Assembly (NCBI GenBank): GCA_050948665.1
Contig: JBMNEH010000001.1
Location: 1,979,813-2,043,812 of the forward strand
Source: Christensenellales bacterium
Lineage (GTDB): Bacteria > Bacillota > Clostridia > Christensenellales > UMGS416
Length of the DNA stretch: 64,000 nt
Reading direction: 5' to 3'
Part shown: positions 8,422 to 17,860 of the stretch, piece by piece
Numbering within the stretch: position 1 is the stretch's first letter
Layout of the letters: the number at the start of each line of letters is the position of its first letter
Notes under the pieces: generated by a model
What the model saw: the letters and a program-made list of their open reading frames with translations, nothing else
What the model was told of the DNA's origin: nothing
Databases searched by the model: none
Program-made: the position numbers and the translations under genes

Positions 8422-9609
8422 CTATTTCAATCTACTGTTTTTCTTTCTGTACTGCATCGGGGTCAATTCATATGCCTTTTTGAATACATTCTGGAAATAG
8501 GACTGGCTGGAATACCCCAGATATGCGCTGATATCCGCCAGGGAAGCGCTGCTGTAGCTCAGCATATTGCAGGCTTCCTCCATTTTGCAGCGGGTGATGT
8601 ACGCATTCACTTGGATCCCCATCTCCGCCTTGAAGCGCCGCATCAGCCAGGAACGGCTCCGGCTGATTTGGGCCGCGATCTCGTCAATGCTCAGCGGACC
8701 GTTGACGTGATTCCGAATATAGGTCACACAGCGATAAATCTCGGAAGACAGATCCTTTGGCATCCGTGCGTTGCCGGTGCGCTGGCACAGATCCATCATC
8801 ATGATGTACTGCAGCCGGTGCACATCCTCGATGGTCTGCATCTGCTCGCATTCCATCGAATATAATTCCAGCAGCTGATAGGCCTTCTCCTCATCCATTC
8901 CACCGGGAATCGCTCCTAGCACGACCGCTTTAGAGCCTGCTCCGATCAGAATGTTTTTCGCGTGACGCAGCGGATTCCTGGCCATGCGTCCTTCCCGGGG
9001 AAACTCCCGCACACTTTCCAGAAATGCCTTCAGACGGCCTGTGTCTCCCATCTCAATATGATGATACAGTTGCGTTTCAAAAGCATAGGAACTGTGCTGT
9101 GCTTCATTCTCCATGGATTCAATCGCCGTGCTCAGCTCCCGGCGGGACCGTTCCGTCCGCTCGTCGATGTCTTCCCGGTAAAAATCTTCCGGATTCACTT
9201 CCTTGCTGTTCAGACACAGATGCAAAAAGGACAACGCCCTCAGGCACTGAGGATGACTGCAGACCGGTATACCCTGCAGCAATTCAGACAGCTGTTCCCG
9301 ATAATCGGAGGGCACTTGCTGTTCCATCAGGAGCATCTGGATGGTCTCATCGGTCACAGGTGTCGTGAAGACCGGGCCGATGAAAAGGTCATAACCAGTC
9401 CCCTCGATCCGTACGTGGCCGTATTCCAGATCGGGAGAGAGTGAACAGAATTCCGGATTATGGGACGGCGCATAGACCTTCCAAGTCGTGTCCGGGAGAA
9501 AGGAAAGCATCTCTCCGAGGGAAGAGTAGACCGGTTTCCCATTCTCTAGAAGATTGACCGGTATGCCGGTGGCATTAAAGTAATGCCTGCTAAATGCGAT
9601 ATAGTCCAT
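8422..9609 (-). CDS. AraC family transcriptional regulator
   Basis: C-terminal double-HTH signature: YIRNHVNGPLSIDEIAAQISRSRSWLMRRFK...LADISAYLGYSSQSYFQNVFKKAYELTPMQYRK. Confidence 0.85.
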   Translation of the reverse strand: MDYIAFSRHYFNATGIPVNLLENGKPVYSSLGEMLSFLPDTTWKVYAPSHNPEFCSLSPDLEYGHVRIEGTGYDLFIGPVFTTPVTDETIQMLLMEQQVPSDYREQLSELLQGIPVCSHPQCLRALSFLHLCLNSKEVNPEDFYREDIDERTERSRRELSTAIESMENEAQHSSYAFETQLYHHIEMGDTGRLKAFLESVREFPREGRMARNPLRHAKNILIGAGSKAVVLGAIPGGMDEEKAYQLLELYSMECEQMQTIEDVHRLQYIMMMDLCQRTGNARMPKDLSSEIYRCVTYIRNHVNGPLSIDEIAAQISRSRSWLMRRFKAEMGIQVNAYITRCKMEEACNMLSYSSASLADISAYLGYSSQSYFQNVFKKAYELTPMQYRKKNSRLK

Positions 9610-9769
9610 TATATCCTCCCAAAATTGGTTTGCATCCGAGAAGGATCCCGTATTCTATTTTACAATAATATGTGCATTTTTACAACAGCATATCATAAAT
9701 AAGATAGTATACAGGTAAATACTTTGACAGCGTTCGCCCACCCGAGGAGCCGAAGGTATGGAACTCCAA

Positions 9770-10338
9770 TGATCCATACCGGAAAAATATCTAGCGCTAC
9801 AACCGAAAATACGGGAAGGGTGAAAAAAGCAGCACGCCCACGCTGAACAAAGAAACCATCAAGGGATTATTTCTCAAAGCCTACACCCTGCTCATGGCGG
9901 ACAGGGACACCATTGCTAAGGACTTCCGGGTACTTGCTGATATGCTGGGAGATACCACGGCACTGGACGAGAAAACAGCATCACGCAGAAAGAGATCGAT
10001 AAAGTGGTCGTGCTCAACAGCGCATTCATCCGCAGTCATACGGTGACGGGGACAAACAAGGAAGAACTCAGCATAAAGACCGCTGAGTACGACGAAAGCT
10101 TCAAAAAGGCTGATGCCAAACTGGGTAAACTTCGGACAGAGTGTCAGGAAAACCTCAACCGGAGCTGGAGATTACCGGTTTCATCGATTCTTTGCTTCAA
10201 CAGCCCCTCGTTCTTGAACAGTGAGATGATCAATTGTGGAACCTGTCGGCACAGAAAGCAGTCGTCTCAGCTGATGGCATGGTAGAATTTATCAGAATAA
10301 TATCATGGCCAGGATTGATTCACGATTCTTGGTCGTGA
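9770..10338 (+). pseudogene. C-terminal remnant of a large serine recombinase (mobile-element integrase)
   Basis: LNKETIKGLFLKAYTLLMADRDTIAKDFRVLADMLGDTTALDE, then a frameshift to QKEIDKVVVLNSAFIRS...YDESFKKADAKLGKLRTE, then a second shift to LEITGFIDSLLQQPLVLEQ-TGA-DDQLWNLSAQKAVVSADGMVEF. This matches the coiled-coil tail of Clostridial large serine recombinases. The catalytic N-terminal domain is absent. Confidence 0.6.
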
Positions 10339-10572
10339 TTCTTTTCGGGCGGCATGACCGCCATTTTTCAATGGGGCTGCGGGAAAGGTGTACAGGCCTA
10401 CGGGAAACCGGCTTCCCGTAACCCCATAGGCACACAAAACGGAAAAAACGCCTGTCCGGGGCTTTAATCAGATATGTATGGGCAACGAAAAAAATACAGT
10501 AGCCTCGTATCTAGCGGCTTTCCGATCAAAATGCAACCACCCTAACCTCGTATCAAGATTAGGGTGGTTGAG

Positions 10573-10648
10573 TGGTGGTCTGTATTGGACTCGAACCAAT
10601 GACCCCTGCGATGTGAACACAGTGCTCTACCAACTGAGCCAACAGACC
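10573..10648 (-). tRNA. tRNA-Val (anticodon CAC)
   Basis: 76 nt: GGTCTGT acceptor stem, GCTC/GAGC D stem, CTGTG-TTCACAT-CGCAG anticodon arm, TTCGAGT T loop, encoded CCA. Confidence 0.9.
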
Positions 10649-10668
10649 ATGTCCCGAAGAACAAAAAA

Positions 10669-10697
10669 ATTATAGCACGGAGGTAGAGTCGTGTCAA
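10669..10697 (-). promoter_or_regulatory. Consensus sigma-70-type promoter for tRNA-Val
   Basis: On the minus strand, TTGACA (10697-10692), a 17-nt spacer, then TATAAT (10674-10669), about 20 nt upstream of the tRNA 5' end. Confidence 0.65.
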
Positions 10698-10913
10698 GAG
10701 GGCGTCGTGGAAAAAAGCCACTCTAATCGCTGTCGACGGACCGGGTATCCGGGCGATTTTCGGGATCCGTAAAGGATGGGTTTTCAATTTCTGAAAAAGA
10801 ATACCGACAAGCCCCTGCGCAGGAACACAACTGCCGGCTCCGCGTTGCCGCGGAATATCCGGTCCTGTGTGTCTCCACGGCGGTTTCCTCTCCGCCCCTG
10901 TCTGCATATTGCG

Positions 10914-10946
10914 CAAAAAAGCCGGAGGGTCACCCTCCGGCTTTTT
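10914..10946. terminator. Bidirectional rho-independent terminator
   Basis: aaaaaa-gccggagg-gtcac-cctccggc-tttttt, immediately after the stop of the 10953..12800 gene. Confidence 0.75.
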
Positions 10947-10952
10947 TATCAT

Positions 10953-12800
10953 TTATGCTCTTTGAATATACCAATGCAGTTCACCCTGCGCAACAGGCGC
11001 TTGCGGCGTCAGCCGCAAACGGTAAAGGGAATCCTCACCGAATACAGTCTTCACTCTGGCATCCTCTGTGTTGACTTTTTCTACAGCAACCTTCCATCCG
11101 GCGTCCCAGGTCAGCAGCGCATCCCCGATACGCGCGGTGTTTCCCTCTGTCACGGGGCGCGGACCGCAGAGAAAGTTCAGCGTAATGTCCGCTGTCTTCT
11201 CACCGAGATCAAACCGCTCTTCAACGGAAACCGTCTCCTTCTCCCGGTCAAGGGCGGCGGTGCGCACCCAGGATCGAAGGCCGGCCTCCGGGGGATACGC
11301 GCCGGCGATTTCGCAGGAGAATACGGAAACCCCTTCCCTATCGGAGGATGCAACCTCCCCCGCGGCAAATTCCGTTCCGTAATACTGTCCCGCGCCCCTG
11401 ACGGTGGGCAGGTTGTGGTAATCTGAAACCATCGTCCAAAGCGTATACCGGGTCTCGTCCCGGAAGGTCAGGGCGGAATAGGCTTCCGCGCCGGAATCCA
11501 CCAATACGGGCCGGCCATCCAAATACACGATCATATTGCCCACGTCGTTATGGTTGTGGTTTTCCCCGTTATGTCCTCCCTTTGCCGCTAGGAAAAGTCC
11601 CTTATCGCTGCCGCCGAACTGCCGGGCAGTCATGACCTGCACGCCGTCCATCCATACATACCGATAGAAGGGGGGCTGCCCGTCCTGCTGTCCGGGTTCC
11701 GCCGTCAGCTGCAGCAGCAGGCTGCGGAAATCATGGATGGTACTTCGTGTCTTATGTTGGTAGGATTGGTGCCTGCGGGCATAAGCCGCCAGCCCCTCCA
11801 TGCCCGCGTCACCCACACGGCGGCCGTAAGCCTGCACCATACTGCTGTTCAGAAGCAGCTTGGGATGACAGTCGGCGAAATTAACGAAATATTGTCCGGA
11901 TATATGGGTACGGGTAATATAACGGCCCATTTCTCCGATGATCGGCAAATCGAAGTAATCTATTTTTCCGTCGCTGACCCGGTAGAGCAGCTCCAAGCAA
12001 TGGAAAAGCGCGCCTGCGGCAGCGCCCCAATAGGAGGGGCCTTCATCGCAACCCCCGTCACTGTGATAGGTGGCGATAAATCGGTCCAGCAGCCGCAATG
12101 ATTTCCTTACCCCGGCCGTGCGGCGGTAGGGGTCGGTTTCCACCAATGCCAGGCAGGTCAGCACATTGGAAACGATCCAGGGGTTCCAGTTGCAGGTAAA
12201 CCCGCCCTCGGTATTCTGCCCCATCCAACGGAAATCCTCCCGCAGCAGGAAAGGGTCGATGACCCGAGAGGTGATCTCCTTTGCCATCCGCCTAGGGATC
12301 AGGGGAGAAACCTCCGCCAGCCTGTCTCCCAACAGATAATAAATGTACGCCATATTCCCGGCGGTTTCGCCGGCAAACAAGTCAAGGAAGGGCTGCTCGG
12401 GATCCGGCAGGGATGAACGGGGAAGAGCCGACAGCTCGTTATGCGCTGGGATGCACCAGGAGGTTTCCTCGCAGATCAACCAAATACCGTCAATAATACT
12501 GTCAATATAGGTTCCCTTGTTTTCGATCAGCTCCGCCACCGCCCGGAGATACAGAAGATACCGCCGGGAGAAACAAAGCCCCTCGTAACGGGTACGGTTA
12601 CCATCCCGCTGAAAATCCATATACCGGACGGCGGTAAGCTGGGCATATGCCTCGTCCTTCCGCTCCTCCGCTTCGGCCAGCACCTCTTTTGCCCACTGCC
12701 CGTCTCTGGAAGCCCACCAATCGGGATCCTTCGGGCAGGGCTGAAACCGTTCCCGCGGTATCAGCAGGGAATGCAGATCCGGATATCTTTCCTGTAACAT
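10953..12800 (-). CDS. Heparinase II/III-like family protein (polysaccharide lyase-like)
   Basis: 615-aa ORF with GGHNGENHNHNDVGNMIVYLDGRPVLVDSG, typical of the heparinase II/III C-terminal domain, and an (alpha/alpha) toroid-like N-terminal half. Confidence 0.7.
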   Translation of the reverse strand: MLQERYPDLHSLLIPRERFQPCPKDPDWWASRDGQWAKEVLAEAEERKDEAYAQLTAVRYMDFQRDGNRTRYEGLCFSRRYLLYLRAVAELIENKGTYIDSIIDGIWLICEETSWCIPAHNELSALPRSSLPDPEQPFLDLFAGETAGNMAYIYYLLGDRLAEVSPLIPRRMAKEITSRVIDPFLLREDFRWMGQNTEGGFTCNWNPWIVSNVLTCLALVETDPYRRTAGVRKSLRLLDRFIATYHSDGGCDEGPSYWGAAAGALFHCLELLYRVSDGKIDYFDLPIIGEMGRYITRTHISGQYFVNFADCHPKLLLNSSMVQAYGRRVGDAGMEGLAAYARRHQSYQHKTRSTIHDFRSLLLQLTAEPGQQDGQPPFYRYVWMDGVQVMTARQFGGSDKGLFLAAKGGHNGENHNHNDVGNMIVYLDGRPVLVDSGAEAYSALTFRDETRYTLWTMVSDYHNLPTVRGAGQYYGTEFAAGEVASSDREGVSVFSCEIAGAYPPEAGLRSWVRTAALDREKETVSVEERFDLGEKTADITLNFLCGPRPVTEGNTARIGDALLTWDAGWKVAVEKVNTEDARVKTVFGEDSLYRLRLTPQAPVAQGELHWYIQRA

Positions 12801-12876
12801 CTTGACCTCCTCATCATATCCTGTACAGTCTCCCGTTTATAAGGAAAATCCTACCCCGGAGTTCTCTCCGTCGTCA

Positions 12877-12906
12877 TGGACAATCCCCTAACCGATATGT
12901 TATACT
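12877..12906 (+). promoter_or_regulatory. Candidate promoter of the adh operon
   Basis: TGGACA (12877-12882), an 18-nt spacer, then TATACT (12901-12906), about 25 nt upstream of the GGAAGGAGA RBS. Confidence 0.35.
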
Positions 12907-12930
12907 TTATTTTACACATATGGAAGGAGA

Positions 12931-14115
12931 ATGCGTATGGATAATTTTGATTTTTGCAGTCCCACCCGGTTTATATTCGGCAAAAATGTTGAAGAGAAAG
13001 TCGGAGAAACAGTCAAATCCTTTGGCGGCAGCCGCGTTCTCATACAGTACGGCGGCGGTTCCGCGGTAAAAAGCGGTCTGCTTGACCGAGTCACCTCCAG
13101 CCTGGACGCGGCAGGGGTCTCTTGGGTAACCCTGGGCGGTGTACGGCCCAACCCCAGGCTTTCCCTGGTGCGGGAAGCCATCGCCCTATGCCGGGCGGAA
13201 AAGGCGGATATGCTGCTGGCGGTGGGAGGCGGTTCGGTTATCGACTCGGTAAAGGCAACGGCGCTGGGCGCCTGCTATGACGGGGATGTATGGGATTTTT
13301 ATGAGGGAAAGACGGTTCCGGAGAAAATCCTGCCTCTGGGTACGGTGTTGACGATGGCGGCCGCCGGAAGCGAGGGCAGCAATTCCTCTGTCATCACAAA
13401 TGAGGAGGGAAATTTGAAACGGGGTCTCGGCTGTGAATTGACCCGTCCCCTCTTCTCCCTGATGAATCCCGAGCTGACCTATACCGTACCCGCTTACCAG
13501 ACTGCCGCCGGCGCCGTTGACATACTGGCCCATGTGATGGAGCGGTATTTCACCAACACCCCCAATGTGGAGCTATCGGACAGGATGAGCGAGGGGCTGA
13601 TGCGCGCCGTGCTGCGCAACGCTCCCATTGCTATCGCGGAGCCGGACAATTACGCTGCCCGGGCAGAGCTGATGTGGGCTTCCACCCTTGCCCATAACAA
13701 CCTTTTGGGCGTCGGGCGGGAGACGGATTTCGCCTCCCATCAGATCGAGCACGAGTTATCCGGGCTGTATGACGTGGCCCACGGCGCCGGTCTGGCCGCT
13801 ATTTTTCCCAGTTGGATGCGCTTTGTTTACAAGCGGAACGTGCCCCGGTTTGTTCGTTTTGCCACCCGGGTCATGGGCGTCGAGGGCGACCCCTTTGATA
13901 TCGAGGGTACCGCGCTGGCTGGCATAACAGCGCTGGAGAAGTTCTATCTGTCCATCGGAATGCCCATTACCCTTACGCAGCTGGGTATCCCCGGGGACAG
14001 GCTGGAAGAGATGGCCCGCAAGGTAAAGAAGCACGACCCGGTCACCGGCACAACGGGGCATTTTGTCCCCCTGACGGAAGAAGACTGTCTGGCTATCCTG
14101 AAAGCCGCTTTATGA
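12931..14115 (+). CDS. Iron-containing (group III) alcohol dehydrogenase, YqhD/butanol-dehydrogenase-like
   Basis: FDFCSPTRFIFGKN...VLIQYGGGSAVKSGL...AVGGGSVIDS..., with histidine-rich metal-site motifs (HQIEHELS, HGAGLA). The start could instead be the ATG at 12937. Confidence 0.85.
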   Translation: MRMDNFDFCSPTRFIFGKNVEEKVGETVKSFGGSRVLIQYGGGSAVKSGLLDRVTSSLDAAGVSWVTLGGVRPNPRLSLVREAIALCRAEKADMLLAVGGGSVIDSVKATALGACYDGDVWDFYEGKTVPEKILPLGTVLTMAAAGSEGSNSSVITNEEGNLKRGLGCELTRPLFSLMNPELTYTVPAYQTAAGAVDILAHVMERYFTNTPNVELSDRMSEGLMRAVLRNAPIAIAEPDNYAARAELMWASTLAHNNLLGVGRETDFASHQIEHELSGLYDVAHGAGLAAIFPSWMRFVYKRNVPRFVRFATRVMGVEGDPFDIEGTALAGITALEKFYLSIGMPITLTQLGIPGDRLEEMARKVKKHDPVTGTTGHFVPLTEEDCLAILKAAL

Positions 14116-14921
14116 GCATTATCGATTTTCATACCCACACCTTTCCCGACGCCATTGCCCCTCGGGCCATCGCCGCTTTGGAGCGGCAGGCGGGCATCTG
14201 GGCAGCGGGGGACGGCACGGCCGCCGGCCTAACACAGAACCTGCTGGCGGCCGGGGCGGACTATGGCCTGATCGCGCCGGTTGCCACAAGGCCCGGGCAG
14301 GATGATGCCATCAACCGGAAAATACCCGGTTTCCGGGAGGGCCCTTTGCTTCATCTCGGAGCCCTCCATCCCCGGTCGGAAGCTCCGGGAAAGGTTATCG
14401 CCGGCATCAAAGCCGCAGGATTGCCCGGGGTGAAATTACATCCCGGCTACCAGCGGTTTTCCTTGGAGGAAACAGATCTGTATCCGGTCTATTCCGCTTT
14501 GGAGGAGGCGGGGCTGTTTGTGTTGTTCCATGCCGGCGGCGATCCCGGCTTTCTCCCGCCCCATGGCTCCCGTCCGGAACAACTGGCGGATCTGGCAAAA
14601 CGCCACCCCGGGCTGATCATCATTGCGGCGCATATGGGGGGCATGTTTATGGAGGAGGAAGCCCTCTCGGCCTACAAAGGGCTCCCCAACCTTTATATAG
14701 ACACCGCCAACTGCGTCGGGATGTTCCCGCCGCTCCGATTCAGGGAGATGATCAACACCGTTGGCGCGGACCATATCCTTCTGGGCAGCGACTGGCCCTG
14801 GGAAACTACCGGCCGCTCCATACGCTGGCTGGATTATATGGAGTTGAACAACACCGAGAAACAACAAATACTGGGTGGAAACGCTGCCCGGCTGCTGGGA
14901 TTGGAGAGTAAACCATGTTAG
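14112..14921 (+). CDS. Amidohydrolase-2 family metal-dependent hydrolase (TIM barrel)
   Basis: N-terminal IIDFHTHTFP metal-binding motif, plus HMGG and GSDWPW. ATGA overlap with the adh stop. Confidence 0.7.
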   Translation: MSIIDFHTHTFPDAIAPRAIAALERQAGIWAAGDGTAAGLTQNLLAAGADYGLIAPVATRPGQDDAINRKIPGFREGPLLHLGALHPRSEAPGKVIAGIKAAGLPGVKLHPGYQRFSLEETDLYPVYSALEEAGLFVLFHAGGDPGFLPPHGSRPEQLADLAKRHPGLIIIAAHMGGMFMEEEALSAYKGLPNLYIDTANCVGMFPPLRFREMINTVGADHILLGSDWPWETTGRSIRWLDYMELNNTEKQQILGGNAARLLGLESKPC

Positions 14922-16024
14922 ATTTGGATATCCGGCAATTCTGGAAGGATGATGCCCTTGCCCACAAGGAAAACTGCTTCAGCGCCGAAGCCCCTCAGGC
15001 GGCCCTCGGGTTGCGGATGAGCCGGGAATGCGTATACGCGGAGCTGGGTGAGGAAGGCAATCCCTGGGGTGAGGAGCCCCGGGAACGGCAGCTCGACCTC
15101 AACAAACGCTACAACGATAAAGCGGAGAAAATCGTGGGCATACGGCTGCTGCCGGAGGATCTTCCCCCCACTGACGCCGTTTTCCCGGCAGTTCGGCAAA
15201 TCGGTGAGGTTTTCGGCGGAAAATATATCTTTAACGGCTCCTGGTGGCTGGAGGGGTCCCTGGAAACTCCTAAGCAGCTTGAACGGCAGCTGGATTGGAT
15301 CGAAACCATGGATTTCCGCGGCTTCGTACTGCCGGATAACTGGGAAGCCGAGAAAGCGCGTATCTATGAGACCTATGGGATCCGGCCCCCTCTTTACAAA
15401 GGAATGCGGGGGCCGGTCACCCTGGCCTGCTCGGTGTACGGCATTGAGAACCTGATTTTTCTGGGATATGACGATCCGGATCTGTTCGAACGGTTCAGTG
15501 AAACCATAAAAAACGTGATATTCCGATATATCGACCTGATGGGTGAAGAAGCCGGGTATACAAAAGACACCCTGCCCCGCGGCTTTGAGTTTTATGATGA
15601 TAACAGCTGTCTGTTGACCCCGAAGCTGTATGAAAGATTCGGCTATCCTGTACTCCGGGATGTGTTCGCCAGGATGTCCCCCGACCCCGGGGACGTCCGC
15701 TACCAGCACTCCGACTCCGCCATGGGGCATTTGCTGCCCATACTGGGGAGGCTGGATCTGAACGGCTGCAACTTCGGTCCCACGGTGTCGGTGGAGGAGA
15801 TACGAAAGCACCTCCCCAACGCTCGCATAGACGGTCAGCTGGCACCCTTTGCCCTGATGCAGAATGATCTGGCCTGGATAGAAAGGGATGTCCTCCGGGA
15901 TATAGAAGCTGCCCGCAGCCACCGGGGCCTGAACATCACCACCGCCGGCTCGGTCAACAACGGATCCCTACTGACCAGCATGCGCCATATCATGGCGCTG
16001 ATACAGAATTACGGAAGGTACTGA
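14915..16024 (+). CDS. Uroporphyrinogen-decarboxylase (URO-D)-like family protein, function unknown
   Basis: The C-terminal half (HSDSAMGHLLPIL...LNGCNFGP...IDGQLAP) resembles URO-D/MtaA-type TIM barrels. It overlaps the upstream gene by 7 nt. Confidence 0.5.
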   Translation: MLDLDIRQFWKDDALAHKENCFSAEAPQAALGLRMSRECVYAELGEEGNPWGEEPRERQLDLNKRYNDKAEKIVGIRLLPEDLPPTDAVFPAVRQIGEVFGGKYIFNGSWWLEGSLETPKQLERQLDWIETMDFRGFVLPDNWEAEKARIYETYGIRPPLYKGMRGPVTLACSVYGIENLIFLGYDDPDLFERFSETIKNVIFRYIDLMGEEAGYTKDTLPRGFEFYDDNSCLLTPKLYERFGYPVLRDVFARMSPDPGDVRYQHSDSAMGHLLPILGRLDLNGCNFGPTVSVEEIRKHLPNARIDGQLAPFALMQNDLAWIERDVLRDIEAARSHRGLNITTAGSVNNGSLLTSMRHIMALIQNYGRY

Positions 16025-16112
16025 ACTCGGAGCTTCCGTCGCCGTGATCCGGGAAACCCTGGAAGCATTCTCCGCCGGAGATCGGTGAGGAGCCCCTGTT
16101 TTATCGGGTCAT

Positions 16113-16150
16113 AAAAAGCCTTCTTTGTCGCAAAGAAGGCCTTTGTTTTG
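16113..16150. terminator. Bidirectional terminator between convergent genes
   Basis: A perfect 10-bp stem, gccttctttg/caaagaaggc (16118-16140), flanked by AAAAA and CTTTGTTTT. Confidence 0.65.
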
Positions 16151-16403
16151 ACTATAGTGCCTGTATACGGGAAGAGGCTGAGGCTGCCGTATCGCGTCCA
16201 TCATGTCGCGTATGACCTCCCCTTATCATCGGGCGTTGTGAAGCGTGGCAGGCATGTTTCTCGATTATCCGGCTGTCAGGAGCGAACCTTCATTCCTTCT
16301 CCTCAAAAAGCTTCATCATGTCATCGTATGAGACGTACAGCCCGGGCCCCTCCGCGCCGCTGTCCCCGTATCTCCTCCTGTCAGCGGCATGTAAAGGCGA
16401 TCC

Positions 16404-17444
16404 TTACAGCCGCATCTCCTCCCACTGGTCCTCCATTTCTTCCACCAGCTTGAACTGGGTACGGCAGCGGTCAAGGTTCTGCCCCTCCCGGCTGATCTTA
16501 AAGTAATGATCCCCCTCAAGATAATCGGTGAGAAAGCGCACACCGCATTCAAGGGTCATGATTTTTGCGCCCAACGGCAGGGACTGCATCTCCTCCTGGG
16601 TCAGCCGGCTGCAGGCCGAAAGGTACCCCTCCGCGTACGCCCGGTAGAGGGAAATATCCATACGCACCTTCCCCAGATTCCTTTCATCCTCCGGCGCGGT
16701 CGCAGCGCCGAAACGGATGGAATCGCCGAAATCGTAGGCCGCCAGGCCCGGCATCACCGTATCCAGGTCCACCACGCAGAGCGGCTTCCGTGTGACGCTG
16801 TCCAGAAGGACATTATTGATTTTCGTATCGTTATGGGTGACCCGAAGGGGCAGTGCCTCCGCCTCCCGCATACGCTGGAGCGTACCGCCCATCTCCTCCC
16901 GGGCCATGGCAAAATCGATTTCCCTTCTGACGGAGGCCGCCCTCCCCATCGTGTCCGCACGGACAGCCGCCTTCAGCTTTTCATAACGGGATACGGTATT
17001 ATGAAAGTTTGGGATGACCTCATGCAGCGTTTCGGCGGGAAAATCCGCCAGGGACTGCTGAAATCCGCCGAAAGCCACGCCGCATTCATAAAAATCTCCG
17101 GCGTTCTCCGCCTGTTCCAAGCACAGGCAGTCTTCTATAAAATCCAGTACCCGCCAGCAATTCCCGTCAGGCGCTTCATAATACCAACCTCCCTCTGCGG
17201 TAGGCACCACCGTCATCGTGCGCCGCGGATCATCGGTCCTGCTCCGCAGGTACTCCGTTACCGCCACAATATTCTCCATCAACGCCGATATATCCGGAAA
17301 AACACTCCTGTTGACACACTGCAGGATATACCGCTTCTCTCCGTCGGTATCAATCAGATAGGTATCGTTGATGTGCCCGCTGCCGTGCCTGTTCCACCCC
17401 GTGGCGGTTTCTCCGATTTGGAAATTCGACATAATATTCCGCAT
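16404..17444 (-). CDS. N-acetylhexosamine 1-kinase-like (NahK / APH-type phosphotransferase)
   Basis: GSGHINDTYLIDTDGEKRYILQCVNRSVFPD...LMENI..VTEYL parallels the Bifidobacterium NahK N-terminus. The HNDTKINNVL catalytic loop and VVDLDTVMPG are also present. Confidence 0.7.
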   Translation of the reverse strand: MRNIMSNFQIGETATGWNRHGSGHINDTYLIDTDGEKRYILQCVNRSVFPDISALMENIVAVTEYLRSRTDDPRRTMTVVPTAEGGWYYEAPDGNCWRVLDFIEDCLCLEQAENAGDFYECGVAFGGFQQSLADFPAETLHEVIPNFHNTVSRYEKLKAAVRADTMGRAASVRREIDFAMAREEMGGTLQRMREAEALPLRVTHNDTKINNVLLDSVTRKPLCVVDLDTVMPGLAAYDFGDSIRFGAATAPEDERNLGKVRMDISLYRAYAEGYLSACSRLTQEEMQSLPLGAKIMTLECGVRFLTDYLEGDHYFKISREGQNLDRCRTQFKLVEEMEDQWEEMRL

Positions 17445-17671
17445 ACGAATCCTCTATTGCATCCCGCTCCCGCGGGTTATTATTTAATAACACAGACTAG
17501 AAAAAATTCAAGAAGATTGCGTCCGCCCCGTATTATACCATCCGTTCCCCGCTCTTCGCAAGTCCGAAATCCGGTGGTAAAACGATATACACGTGATTCC
17601 GCCGCCGGGTAAATCCGTCGCAGCGGGAAGTGCGGGGGCTCCCGCTTCCCACTGCGCCAACCCCCAAAGGC

Positions 17672-17700
17672 TTGACGCGGCCGGACATTTATGCCATAAT
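17672..17700 (+). promoter_or_regulatory. Sigma-70-type promoter for tRNA-Arg
   Basis: TTGACG (17672-17677), a 17-nt spacer, then CATAAT (17695-17700), 44 nt upstream of the tRNA. Confidence 0.55.
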
Positions 17701-17743
17701 GACACAGTTCCTGGAGCGTGATGCTTCGGTATGCCAATCCCCT

Positions 17744-17820
17744 GTTTCCGTAGCTCAGCAGGATAGAGCGTCCGCCTCCTAAGCGGAAGGCCGGGAGTTC
17801 GAATCTCCCCGGGAACGCCA
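17744..17820 (+). tRNA. tRNA-Arg (anticodon CCT)
   Basis: 77 nt: GTTTCCG/CGGGAAC acceptor stem, TCCGC-CTCCTAA-GCGGA anticodon arm, TTCGAAT T loop, encoded CCA. Confidence 0.9.
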
Positions 17821-17860
17821 GAAGCCCGATTTCTTTGATAAAATCTGGCTTCTCTTTTTT
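17821..17860 (+). terminator. Rho-independent terminator after tRNA-Arg
   Basis: gaagcccgattt / aaatctggcttc, a 12-bp stem with one mismatch and an 8-nt loop, followed by TCTTTTTT. Confidence 0.7.

Noticed and set aside
16150-16403. Short minus-strand frames downstream of the NahK-like gene (…GDSGAEGPGLYVSYDDMMKLFEEKE* and a 31-codon ORF behind AAGGGGAGG).
   Set aside because: The first has no start codon. The second reads through the terminator hairpin. They may be leftovers of a lost gene, but there is not enough evidence to call a feature.
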